From Tubulanus polymorphus (lineage: Eukaryota; Animalia; Nemertea), in assembly GCF_964204645.1 (NCBI RefSeq), contig NC_134026.1, forward strand, positions 13,576,050 to 13,640,049: a DNA stretch of 64,000 bases, read 5' to 3'. Below, in pieces: positions 25,663 to 38,499 of this stretch (positions are counted from its first letter, which is position 1; every line of letters begins with the position of its first letter). The notes beneath the pieces were generated by a model. The model was not told the origin of the DNA, ran no database searches, and saw only the letters and a program-made list of their open reading frames with translations. The position numbers and the translations under genes are program-made.

Positions 25663-26625
25663 ACCAAGAGCCCCAAGGGGCACAATGGCCAGCCTGTCAG
25701 ATTTGCTTTTTATAAATGATGTAATCCGTGGGTTATATTTATCAATATACACTCCCTGCTCAATATCATTTACATAGTAAAATCGTGTGTTAACACAGAC
25801 AGCAGGAACGAACGTAATATAGAAATACTAAGTTATTGTATTGTTCAACGCCCCTGGTGGCCATATACAAAAACCAATGAGCTTGAAACTCACCAAGATC
25901 ATAGACCATGTCATGAGCTACAACTTTCCAATTGATTGTGGTAGCAAAATATGCATAGGTACGAATGTAATATAGAAATACTAAGTTATTGTATTGTTCA
26001 ACGCCCCCTGGTGGCCATAAACAAAAACCAATGAGCTTGAAACTCACCTCGATCATAGAACATGTCATGAGCTACAACTTTCCAATTGATTATAGTAGCA
26101 AAATATGCTTAAGTATCAATTATGATGTGGAAAAACTTTTTTCCACCTACGAATGAGTACTAATGACTCCAAGATGGCCGCCAAGTGCGTCATAATTGCC
26201 TGGTCAAAAATACCCTCTCGGATATAAAAGATCCCTTTCCAAAGAAAACCCATTACAAATTGCAATGAAACATGGCACACCATTAGAAAGCTACAGTACT
26301 CAGAATTCAGGCCAAAATTGACATTTTTGGGAACAAAAAACGTCACAGTACGGCCATCTTGAGTCCGATCGACCCAATTTTTCTCATGCTGATGGGCCCT
26401 CGGGGGAAACAAATATATACGAATGATCAAGGTTATTGATCAAAGTGTCTTCAAAATTTCCCTCGAAAACTTCAAAAATGTGAAAAAGTGCTGATTTTGG
26501 CTAACAACAATGGCTGCCAGTCGGCCATCTTGAATCTGACAGGGCCAGTTTTTGGCCTGAAGATGTGTCTAGGATAGATACACGTATAAACCAAATATCA
26601 AGACATTACCTTGAAGCCTCTTCAA
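25663..26625 (+). mobile_element. pearl/HINE-like family 1 copy with ~153-bp tandem core repeats
   Basis: 5' end CAAGAGCCCCAAGGGGCAC (also at 62822). Two tandem units start near 25816 and 25968. 3' part matches 1-320. Confidence 0.7.
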
Positions 26626-28142
26626 AAATTTGGAACTCTCACGAACTATCGAGATGGTTATCTCTCGACCTCAATAGCTTAAAGACCCATCTCAAAGCAG
26701 CATACCATTAACTCCCGGAAAGCGAATTGTATTCAAAATTTTTTTGGCAGAATAAAATTTGATTGAATTTGCAATTCGGGCACATGGCTAATTAGCATAT
26801 CAAGGTCATACACCCGATTTGGTAAAACCATTTTTTTCGCGAACCTTGCGCAATTGTCAAGGATGAATTTTCTGTAGAGCAAATAAAAATTCCTCCCAAA
26901 CACCAAATCAACTAAAGATTTCATAGAAATCGATCTTGAAATACAATTTTAAATCGTAAAATAAAACCCGGAAGTAAAACAGTAGACGATACCTCGGGTT
27001 CACGTGAACCCTGATATCTGTAAACGAAATGTTGGTTGTGACAAAATTGTTCAGACGGTTTTAGGTGGTAATAAGTACGGAAACGTAACGACCATGGTCG
27101 ACTTATTCGATGAAATCAGGCCTATGTGATATCCAAATTTTGACTTTTTTATTCTCCAGACCTCCCTGATATAGAAATAAAAAATGTTGGTGGTACGAAA
27201 GTGCAATCACAGCGTCGACGGGGACAGAGCCGTGTCAGAGATCGGCGGAATGAAAATTGAGGTGGACGAACACGAAGAAGTAGGCTATTGCGCTACTTGA
27301 ATCACGAAAAATCCTGGCGCGGCCCCGACGCTTTTCGTTGATTAAGTAATACAAATATCATGCAATGGGTTTTCACAATCTACCGCTGGTATTTACCGGA
27401 TTTCAATATCACTCCAAAATTCAAAGAAACCTCGAAATATCGAACCGGACTTCCGGTAGATATCCGCGGCTGCCCAACCGGGAAACTTATTTGTTTCAAT
27501 AGATATTGATAGGATCCATCATCTTTACCCGTCAAGGGATTCGAACCCACTAAGCTAAAGACATGCCAGAATCGGGTCGGGCCAATCACAGCGCTTGTAA
27601 CAAACAACATTAGGCTTCTGTGGAATTTCCCAGTAAATGGGCCAATCAGCGAACACGTAGCGAACGCGGAAGTATTGTCGCGTGTTGATACATGACGTCA
27701 TGCGCAAAAGCGCCAGTAATGAAATAGCGATAATTCACGTGAACAGCTGCTGATATTTTCAGATAAACCAATCACAGGGAAGACAACTTCCTGATTGGCT
27801 GATAAAAATTGAAATTTTCCCGATTTAACTTTCGTGAAAAATGCAGAAAACATTTTTATGAGACCCTATTTCAAAATTCTGCTCGCTACGATTTCGAGAA
27901 TGGATTACGCTTAAATACGTGATTTGTTCAAATATGCCCTCACTTGGCAAGCAAAAGAGCCTTTTGTGTGGAAACCATGTCATTTAAATTTGCTCCATTT
28001 GTATAGTAATAGGCTCAGCCTACGGCTGGCCTAAAAACAGCAAACCATTAGAAAGCTACAGGTCTCTGCATTTTGGACACAAAAATGGTCCCATGATTCC
28101 CTTCTTTCTGTATATATACCCCTGTTTTTAGTCTATATCTCA

Positions 28143-28182
28143 CACCTGACGATGATCTCTAGGGTGAGATCGAAACGTCATG
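28143..28182 (+). ncRNA. Minimal hammerhead ribozyme motif in a probable solo PLE pLTR
   Basis: CAC-CTGACGA-T-GATCTC-TAGGGT-GAGATC-GAAA-CG-TC-ATG, with TATATATA upstream and AATAAA downstream. Stem I is imperfect. Confidence 0.6.
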
Positions 28183-29066
28183 TCTTATATATATTTTAGA
28201 TTGAATAAATAAATTCTTGCTTTTAATTCTTTAATCTGTAGTCAACTGGCTGAGTGATATGTCCTAGATGTTGTGCAATATAAAAACATGAATTAATTCT
28301 GAGCGGCTTAAGATATTCTATCCTTTTTTTCCCATCCAGAAATGAATATTTTTGATAACTTGATAATCTAGATTTAGAAACCTGGTGATTAGGTGATCGT
28401 AGCTTTTTTCTCTGCCCAAGAACGGGTAGAGAGACCCCAAAACATAAGAATCGCTACCAGTATCACTTTTCTGTGACAACTCAAGATCGGGATGTAACCA
28501 AAATCATTTCATAGGTATTTTAATGCATTTGTCGCCTTGGTTAACATGGAGACAGTCAACAATGTTGGAGTACAACCTTTATCAGTATGTGCTTCCATGG
28601 TAACAGGGCTTTTTTGTTGATGTCCCACTGCAACAGGAAAGTCGGTTATCCATTTATCCATTGCCAAGCTCTACCAAAAAATGCCCAAAGATTGATTTCT
28701 CGACGTCATACAGTCAGTTGGATGGTTGACTATCGTATTTCAAAATGGCTAATAAATATAAGCTGAAAGATGTAAATTGGACTGCCTAAAATTAACCCCC
28801 ATCAATCAGAAGCAAAATTACATTAGTAAGGCCCACCCCCCGATATTTTCCAAAAATTTGCCCTTAAGTGCCCGCAATTGTAACATTCAGGGCCCTGTTG
28901 CACAGTCGTGACTAAAAATTAAGACCAACTTAAGTCAATAGTTGGTCTTAGCCATTTATTTTGGTCTTAACTAAGTTGGTCTATTCGGTCTGTTGCAGAG
29001 ACAGGTCACTAGTCTCAGTTAAGACCAACTTAAGACTGACTTAAGATTAACTAGAAAAAATTCAAA

Positions 29067-30023
29067 ATGGCTGACCATTCAGATCAAACAAATGTGTCCA
29101 GTGGTAAAATTCTACGAAAAAGGTCTATTAACTTTACCAGTGATGATATATATGAAACATCGATGTTGGTAGGGCTTGTAAAGGAGAAACACTACATTCT
29201 GACGGCATCATTCTTCCAAAATAAGTTTTTCGACGAAAATGAAGATTTGGGATGAAATTACTCAAAAAGCTAAGTTTATGAGTTGCCTTGAGATCAGTGG
29301 ATGATATTAAGAAGAAATGGAATAATATTCAAGCTGAATCTAAAAAGAAATTCACCCAGGCAAAGGTCTCAATGAGTAAAACAGGTGGAGGGCCCCATCG
29401 CCTGAATTAAGCAGAATCACGAATGACGTGATTGATATGATGTCTGAAAGACCAACTAGAACCGGCATTCAAGGTGGCCTGAGACTTCAATCGTTGTCGA
29501 AACACAACTAGATGATGAAAGTAAGTGATATATGGAGATTCTATTTGATTCTTTCACTAATACTCTTAGTGTTTATTGAGATTAAGTCATAAAAATTCAA
29601 ATCCCATATATATACTTCTTTTATTCTAAATCAAAAACATAACTATATTTAGATATCCAATGGATGCAAATGCGGGTTCTGATAGAAGATAATCAGTTTC
29701 CTATACAAGGCGTTGATTGTGGAAAAGAAGCAACAACTACCGATGTCATAGGTAATGCATTTAGAACAGCATTTAAAAATAATTTCATTCCAAAAAGTTT
29801 TATTCCTAGAAATGATGCCGGTACAAGAAAGTATGTTAAAACAATTGATGTTTTGAATTTCTTTTAAGAGCAACCACCAGCTGCGAAGTGGAAACGAGCG
29901 GCGACCCATAGTGATTTGATCTCCAAGCAAATTGAATATCTAGAGGAGAAAATGATGCGAACAGACTTAGAAATCGAGAAGCTGAAATTAGAAATTAGTT
30001 TATTTAAGAAAAAAGAGGAATAA
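29067..30023 (+). pseudogene. Harbinger Myb/SANT-like DNA-binding protein gene (spliced, frameshifted)
   Basis: RKRSINFT..., KIWDEIT..., RSVDDIKKKWNNI...KTGGGP. Donor gtaagt at 29521. Coiled-coil C-terminus LEIEKLKLEISLFKKKEE*. Confidence 0.75.
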
Positions 30024-30433
30024 TTTTACAATTATGACCATTCATTGTGTACCATAATGTGTTTTCGCTGTAAGTTGTATTGTACTTGTTACAGATTTAT
30101 CGCATTATTATGCTGTCTCACGGTCGTTTATTTTATATTGATTCTTCAATCTGTTCACCGTATTTATTCCCAGTAAGTTTATGGTTGCATGAACTCCAAG
30201 TATGTGTATTGTAATATAGTTCACCTAGGTCCAAGTTATTGTGCAAAATCAGTGTCTGGCACTATTTTTCTATAGCAAACTATATTCTTGTCAACTTACC
30301 TTACTATATAAACCCATGTAATTTTGTAAATGTTGTTCAGTTAAAATATAGACTTCGGCTTGACATCAACTCTTCGCTCCCACTTCTTTGCCGTTAGTTG
30401 GTTTTGCCAACATTTTTTGGTCCCGCGAGCCGG

Positions 30434-33400
30434 ATGGAGGCAGAGTTAGCTGGTAAGCTGAAGAATCTGCGGCGAGCCCGTGGGGTTAAGAAGGGTATCT
30501 TCACGCATCAATGCCTGAAGGCTGAAGTCCTGATAGCCATCACTGTAACCCGAGAAGAGCTGAAAGCTGTCCTGTTGCAGATAGGCCAATATGTTGACGC
30601 AATCGACGAGATTAATGAAGAGTTGGCAGCCTTGCTGGTAGATGATGCAGATGTTCAAGATGCCGACGATTATATGGCCGAGGTATACAGGCAACACCGA
30701 GTAGCTATCGAGAAGATCACGACGGCCGTCCTCGAGGCCCGAACACCAACACCAACCGACGTTGAGACCGTAGATGAATTGCCTCCAGAAGACCTGTCAC
30801 CAGACGCCGCCACCAAGAGTGACACATATGCCATACTTACCGATGCCACGTCCGATTCCTGCACCATCACTATTGCCACTGATGTCCACGCATACTGATT
30901 CTTACCAACCTAGATGGCCGCCAGCACCGACAACACTGCCTAGACGTACGCCCTCGCCACGTCCAGAGCCGTTACCACCGACGCCGTTCCAGCCAGCAGC
31001 ACCAAGACCACGCAGTTCTACATTTGCGAAATCCGTACCCAAGCTGAAACTGCCCGTTTTTCGAGGTGACTCTGCAGACTGGCCAAGATGGTTTGGTTTG
31101 TTCCGTTCTATTATCCATAGCCAAGACTCGCTAGCAGACGATGAGAAGATGGCGCACCTACAGAACTCCGTAGAAGGTCCACCGCAAAAGCTGATTGCTG
31201 GTATGCTGTATGATGGATGCCTGTACCACCATGCCCTTGAAGCCTTGATGAACCGTTACGGGAAAGAGGATGATGTCGTCCATGCCTGTTTCAGAGTCCT
31301 GTTTGATCATCCCCAGCTGAAAGCACATGACGCCACAGCCCTCGAAAGTTACCAAGGAGCAGTCCATTCAGCCGTAACCACGTTACAGACCCTTGGGTTT
31401 CATGGTGACCTCGCCGCGCTGTCCAAAAATTAACCACTAGATCTGAAACGAGACTGGGGGAAGCAAGTCCTGGAATTGGAAAACCGAGCTCAACGTTCGA
31501 CTCTACTCGACTTCAGTGAATGGTTAGCTCTGCAGCTCCGAATTCTACAAAGCTATGCAGATGTAGCGAAGCCAGATGACCGTTCATCCTGAGGCCCGAG
31601 GTCCACACCGTTCAAGTGTGTGAACAACACTGAAGTTGATGTTTCCTCACTTGCCACTGGTTCCAGCAGTTCACAGTCCAGCCAGCCTAAGCCCGAAGTC
31701 TGCCCAAGCTGCAAAGGTGACCACTTCCTGATGAATTGTCCAGTCTTCACGTCCTTGTTGCCAGATGCCAGAGCGAAGTTTGCTGCAAGCAATGGCCGGT
31801 GTTTCTCCTGCCTCCGCTGGGGTCACCCTTCACGCCAGTGCCGGTCAAAGAAAGTATGTACAAGTGCAGGTTGCTCAGAGAGACATCACTCACTGCTACA
31901 TGGAAGCAGCCGCATATATCCACGTCGTCCAAGCTCGGAAGGGAGCTCACAGCCGTCAACGGGGACGGTGCCTCAGCCTGCTGCAGACAAGAAATCGCAA
32001 GAAGATCCACCTAAGAACCTAGTTTACACCTTAGCCAGGAACCCTGCTGTAAGTGACGAAGTCCTTCTGCAAGTCGTTCCTCTCCGTCTTCATGGTGACG
32101 ATGGTAAATTTGTCGACACATTTGCTGTCTTGGATCCTTGTTCGCAGACGTCTTTATGCAGTCAAGAAATCGTTGATCAACTTGGTATAGATGGTGAAGA
32201 CAAGATGCTGCGACTGAATACAGTTGAAGGTCAAGGATGCCAGAGAGCAATGAAGTTGGTGAAGCTAGATGTCGCCCCGCTCGCAAGTGGTAGCACACAG
32301 AAGCTGATAAATGTAGATGAAGTATGGTCCGTTCCTGCCCTGTAGATTCCTGTTGCTCACACTCGACTGAAACCGAAGCAAAGCTGGTCGCACCTTGATG
32401 ACATAGATGTCTCGTCGCCAGATGTCTCTGATGTTCAAGTTCTCCTTGGAGCCAATGTCGCCGAAGCCATAGTCCAGCATGAAGCAAGAGTGGGGAAGCC
32501 AAATCAGCCCATAGCTGTCCGTACAGATTATGGTTGGGCGCTAACTGGTCATACCTGCATGGTCGTACCTGTTGATGTCCGGTCCCGATTTCCTTCAAAG
32601 GTTACCAGGGATTTTGCTGAGATTTCGGCAAGACCCTGTTGCTGTTATGGGTGATATTGAGGCAATGTACCACCAGGTGAAGATTGCTGTTGAAGACCAG
32701 CCTGCCTTAAGTTTCCTGTGGAGAGATCTTGAAGACCGAGAGCCAGATGGATACCAGATGGTCGTAAATATCTTTGGTGCCCGGTACTCAGCAGCCATAG
32801 CTTGTTTTTCCCTTCGGAAAACCGCTGACGAACCAGGGGTCGCTGCAGATGTCCGAAATGCCATTCTACAAGACTTCTATATAGACGATTTTCTACACTC
32901 AGAGACGACGCCACCCGAAGCAACCAGAATGGTACAAGATGTTACTCGAGCTGTACGCCATGGAGGTTTCCGACTGACCATGTTGCTAAGCAACAGCAGA
33001 GAAGTCATTCAAGCCCTTCCACCAGGAGAGCTGTCCGTAGAGGTCGCCAACGATCGTCTTCCCTCCGAGCGAGCCTTAGGTGTCTGGTGGAATGCTGAGG
33101 TGGATGGAATTGGTATCAAGCTGCCTAGTATGGAGCTGAAGAGATTTTCCCGTCGAGAACTACTCAGGCTAATATCCTCGATTTTTGACCCATTTGGTAT
33201 GGTAGCACCTGTCATCATCAGAGCCAAAATCCAGGAAGAAAGCCACTAAATATTTGGATGGATATATGAAAGCTGTGGGTACTGGAGTGTGTAATGGGTA
33301 GTGTAGTGTGATCTGTGTGCATTTTGGTGGCCAGCACACGGATCACATTGTTCATTGGGGTTTAGTCCAGGACTCGCGAGACTTTCAACAACACGGAAGT

Positions 33401-36097
33401 AACGTGTAATAAATGATGACTTGAATTGCATGACTACCTACCACCCCTCATTATTGTTGGAAAACTAAACGTTCCGCACTGACTAAAAATTAGTAATAAT
33501 AATCGATAACGTTTTAGAAATGGCCAGAATTTTAACTTAGGTTCTATCTCATTTTTATTTTACAATTGCGATTGGTATAATTATTTTTCAACGGCCGTTA
33601 AGGCTTCATGTTTCGTCTGCAATTCACTGCAAATAGTTACGCAACTACGCACATTTCAGTGTTTTTGGCAGCTGTACACTCAATCGGCACCGTTCGTGAC
33701 TAGCTTCACTGCGGAATCATCATTAATTAACATTGCCATATCACATCATCAACTTATATTGTGCCTTAAAACTCTAACAGCCGAAATAATTGAAATGCAC
33801 ACACGATTTCTATCATTGAAAATTGAGAGAGTGGCCGTGTTTGTGTTCTGCTGCTTCGCGTAAATCCCGCGGGGTGGCGCCACCGCGCAGAGTGGGGCCG
33901 ATACGTCCAGATGCAAGCTACATGGTCCAAGAAGTTACACTGGGATGCTGAATTGCCAGAAGATGTTGTACAGTGGAGAGAGCTCTTCCAAGACCTGCCC
34001 AAGCTGTCAGAAGTCACGATCCCAAGATGCTTCAAGCCCACCGATGTTGAGCCTGTAAGAAGAGAACTCAACCTGTTCTGTGACGCATCGGAAAAGGCCT
34101 TTGGTGCTGTCGCTTATTTCCGGATGATGATGCCAGATGGTACCACCCGTTGCTGTTTTGTCATAAGCAAAACTAGAGTTGCCCCTCTGAAGAAGATGTC
34201 GACAGTCCGTCTCGAGTTACAGGCTGCGGTCCTAGCTGTACGGCTTGGTGAATCCATAAAGAAGGAAGTCACATGCCACATTGACGAAACGTTGTACTGG
34301 TCAGACAGTAAGGTGGTCCTGTCCTACGTGTCGAACGAAAGCATGAGGTTCCACATGTTCGTTGCCGTTCAGGTTGCCGAAATCCACGACTCTACCATTC
34401 CCAAACAATGGCGCCATGTACCGGGGAGTCAAAACCCGGCTGATGATTGTTCCAGAGGTATACCAGCTGCTGCCCTTGCTGAAAGATGGTTTCAAGCTCC
34501 AGTTTTTCTGTACCAGTCGGAAGATAGTTGGCCAGATGTGTCGCTGCCTATTGTCAACCTGGATACAAATGATCCAGAAATCAGAAGATCTGTCAACGTC
34601 ACCGCTCAGACGAAAGCCAACGATGTACTAGATCCTTCTCGTTTTACGTCCTGGACTCGTTACCGCAGCGTCGTTGCTTGGGTCCTGAGGTTCATCCAGA
34701 ATGCTGGTTCGCAGATCAAGAAGTCCATTTCCAGAATTGGTCCGCTTACTGCTGCCGAAATCAATGCTGCCAGGTTGTTAGTTATAAAGTCTGCCCAAGA
34801 AGATGGTTATCCAGAAGAATACACTGCTGTCAAAGCTCAGAAGAAGATCGCTCGTTCCAGCAAGCTCCTGCAGCTGTGCCCTACCATAGATGAAGATGGA
34901 ATCCTGAGAGCACGCGGTCGTTTGAAGAATGCTGATGTTGATGTCGCTGTCAAGTTCCCGATGATACTGCCAAGAAGTCATGATGTCACCCGTCTGATTG
35001 TCACAGCTATCCACGTCCTTCTGATGCATGAAGGTCCAGAGCATACTTTAAACGAAGTCCGACAAGAGTATTACGTTCCGAGAGCCCGTTCTACTGTTAA
35101 GAAGCTTGTGCACCAGTGCATGAAGTGAAAGTTGAGGCGTGTCCAGCCTGAAGTTCCATTGATATCAGATTTGCCTACTGCCCGTTTCGACACAAGCTTC
35201 CCATTCAGCTGTATTGGGATCGACTACTTTGGTCCGTTTGATGTCCGCCGCTTCCGCAACACAGAGAAGAGATATGGTCTTCTAGTTACCTGCCTGTCAA
35301 CCAGAGCAGTCCACATTGAAGTTAGCCATTCACTGGACACAGACAGTTTCCTGATGTCTTTTCGCCGCTTCATCGCCCGCCGAGGTCGTCCAGCCACTGT
35401 ATACTCGGATAACGGAACCAACCTGAAGTCTGGGGAGAGAGAGTTACGTCATTCGCTAGATGCTCTGAACCAACAGCGTATCAATGATGAGATGTCTCAA
35501 CGCCAGATCCAATGGTTATTCAACCCGCCGACAGCCAGCCATATGGGAGGCGTCTGGGAGCGCTTGGTTTCATCCGTTAAGAAGTGCTTGAAAATTGTCA
35601 TCGGAAACCTTACTCCAACAGATGAGATGCTATACACTGTTCTTGTGGAGGTCGAAGCCGTGCTGAACTCGCGTCCGCTAACCTACACCGATGCGAACGA
35701 TATCTGTCCGTCAGCGCTAACACCGTGTCACTTTCTGTTGGGGAGATCCAGTCCTAATTTGTCACCGGTGATTTCTGATGTAGCTGTTAGTCACCAACGC
35801 CGCTGGAAGCAAGCACAGACTCTCGCTGATCACTTCTGGCAGAGATGGAGAAAGGAGCATGTCCCGACTCGGATCAGACGTAGCAAGTGGACTCGTCAGA
35901 CGCGAAACCTGGAAATTGGAGATGTCGTTCTCGTCGTAGACGATAGGTGCCCGCGCAGTTACTGGAAGCTTGGTCGCATAGTATATGTTTTTCCCGGAGC
36001 CGATGGAGTCGTCCGATCCGCCGAGGTCAAATTATCTACAGGTTCGTTGCGTCGTCCTGTCAGCAAGCTTTGTATTCTCGAAAAGTCGGACTCTTGA
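30434..36097 (+). pseudogene. BEL-2 gag-pol (gag, Zn knuckles, protease, RT, RNase H, integrase), interrupted
   Basis: PKLKLPVFRGD gag; Cys/His knuckles; VLDPCSQTS protease; DIEAMYHQV and FYIDD RT; FCDASEKAFG and NPADDCSRG RNase H; DYFGP, SDNGTN and HMGGVWER integrase. Several stops and frameshifts, and an apparent internal deletion near 32565. Confidence 0.92.
33230..33910 (+). mobile_element. TIR-less TCCAG-bounded element, copy 2 (inside BEL-2 pol)
   Basis: TCCAG at 33230-33234 and 33906-33910. Deleting 33235-33910 fuses AAA ATC CAG to ATG CAA GCT in frame (RAKIQMQATW). Confidence 0.92.
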
Positions 36098-36629
36098 AAA
36101 ACGAACCGTTTTGCGTCGTGCTATTGACAGTTAAAGAATTATCAGAGAAATCATAATCGTAGATGTCGTCATTTGATTTGAAGTTAAAATTTTGATGTAG
36201 TATTTTTAAATATTGTTCTGCATCATGTTTTGAGCTGGAGGAAATGTTACAGATTTATCGCATTATTATGCCTGTCTCATGGTCGTTTATTTTATATTGA
36301 TTCTTCAATCTGTTCACCGTATTTATTCCCAGTGGTTGCATGAACTCCAAGTATGTGTATTGTAATATAGTTCACCTAGGTCCAAGTTATTGTGCAAAAT
36401 CAGTTTCTGGCACTATTTTTCTATAGAAAACTTTATTCTTGTCAACTTACCTTACTATATAAACTCATGTAATTTTGTAAATGTTGTTCAGTTAAAATAT
36501 AGACTTCAGCTTGACATCAACTCTTCGCTCCCACTTTTTGCCGTTAGTTGGTTTTGCCGACAGTTCTGTAATTGTATTGTTATTGGCTGTGTAGTTTTAT
36601 TTGTTGTTAAAAGATAAAGTTTCAAACCT

Positions 36630-37835
36630 TCAGGCAAAGAATGTGTTTACTATGTGATTTCTTGTCTCCCGTCCTTGGAGATCATTATCTTCCCCAGCTA
36701 CGTTTTCTATCTCAATAACTGGAACCGGATCAATGTCACGCAAATCGATTGCAATATGGTGCAAGACAGCACACGCTCCGAATATCTTACACACCTTTTC
36801 TGGTTGCATTCTCACTTCTCCATGTAAGCAATGAAAGCTTCATTTTAAAACTCCAACGGATCTTTCGATGAGGGATCTTGTTAATTTGTGTGAGCGGTTG
36901 AATCTTTCTTGACATATGTTTTGTGGATTCGTATGGGGTGTTATCAGAAATCTTCTTAATGTATATCCGCTGTCCCCAAGTAGCAATCCATGCGTCATAC
37001 CTCCGAATCCTGGATTTTCATTGAAATACCTGAAGTATATATTTAGATTTTTGATTAAGAACAATGTTTAATGTTTAATAAACCCCTTGGAATGTTTAAT
37101 AAACCCCTTGGAATTAACTTCCCGTCCCACTTCAGATGTACGGAATATGTGGCTGTGCTAAGTTGCGCCAGGCCATTTTGCCACAACATTGGTAAACTTT
37201 CCTATTGAAAATAATAGTAATTATTAGAATACTTGAAAGAATATACACAAAAATTTAGATGCATCATTTATTACACAATGCCCTTACCTCTATAGTCACA
37301 AATGCACTGTACATTCACGCTATGGTACCGCTTTCGATTGACATAATCAGCTTCATTCAGGTACGACCGTTGAATTCTGATATGAGTGCAATCAATACAC
37401 CCTATCACTGAAGGGAATCCACCTATTTGATGGAATTCTGTCATCAGTTGCGGTTTTTACCCTTCGGTTTGTGGCCATCTAACAAAATTTGGTAGCAACT
37501 CACATAGCTCTTTGGTGACTCTCGTTGTTATTCAGCTAACAGTACTCTTGTGGACACTGAATGTATCGCCAATCGTTTGTAAAAAAGCTCCAGTCGTGTA
37601 AAACCTCAATGCAATTAAAACCTGCAAAACTGGTGAAATCGGTAAACCTCTCTGGTTTTTGACATCATTCCTCAAACGATCTCCCAATTGCTCTTCGATG
37701 AATTGGATTCCTTGTGATCAAAATCTGAATCGTTAGCGTAGCTCCTCATCCATAAAAATTGGTATTGGGTCACCCAAAGGACGATATTCTTTTTTTTGGT
37801 GCCGGTAAATAAATTCCAGGAAATAATTCAGCCAT
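36630..37835 (-). pseudogene. Harbinger (HARBI1-like) DDE transposase gene, spliced, decayed
   Basis: [66 protein letters not shown] intron at 37202-37287. Internal stops present. Confidence 0.88.
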
Positions 37836-38499
37836 TTTGTTTTACTAAGTTGGTCTTAGACGAGTCTTAACGAATTTAAGCCATATAAATAGTTGTCTTA
37901 AATTTTGAGACTAAGTCTTAGAATCTAAGACTAATTTCCTAAATAAGACATGACTATGCAACAGGTCTAAGACCAGTCTATATCTTTAAGACTGGTCTTA
38001 GACCAACTATTGACTTAAGTCACGACTGTAGAACTGGACCCAGGATTTTAACAGTTTTTCCAAAAGACAATCGTCAACAAACTCTTGGAAATAACAAGAT
38101 CTACGCAAGATTGAACGCTGTTGTCAAGGAGAACAGGGCAATCCCAAGCCGCTCAAAGCAATAATGGGCAAAACGAAAATAAGGCCCTAAAAATATTGTT
38201 GGTGAAAATAATAATGGGTGGGCCCAGGCCCCAAGGTCGTGCACGCTCCGTGGGCCCTGTTAATTCAAATACACATCCTATTTAGTTCGAGGTTTCGTAT
38301 TATCAATCTTTCTGTCAAAAAGTCATTTATTTATTCCAAGTAATTAACAAAGTCTATATATATGGCATATTATAACATCTGTCTAGGTTTGTCTCACAAA
38401 GTAGGCTATATTTGATTGTGGCTTTACAATGTTTATACATTAATCTATTAATTAATCTAGATTGTTATTTGAGAGTTCATTTCATGGTTAATCTATCAC

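Larger units (their letters stand above)
30087..36562 (+). mobile_element. BEL/Pao LTR retrotransposon 2 inside the Harbinger
   Basis: Highly similar TG...CA LTRs 30087-30412 and 36245-36562. Flanks GTACT/GTTCT (5-bp TSD, one mismatch). PBS TGGTCCCGCGAGCCGGAT (tRNA-Tyr-like). Purine-rich tract before the 3' LTR. Confidence 0.95.
28891..38040. mobile_element. PIF/Harbinger DNA transposon with both ends and CAG TSD
   Basis: TIRs GGCCCTGTTGCACAGTCGTGACT / AGTCACGACTGTAGAACTGGACC. CAG at 28888-28890 and 38041-38043. Subterminal TAAGACCAACT repeats. Two convergent genes. Confidence 0.92.

Noticed and set aside
36630-37835. Domesticated HARBI1 host gene
   Set aside because: It lies within TIRs and a TSD next to a Myb partner and carries stop codons.
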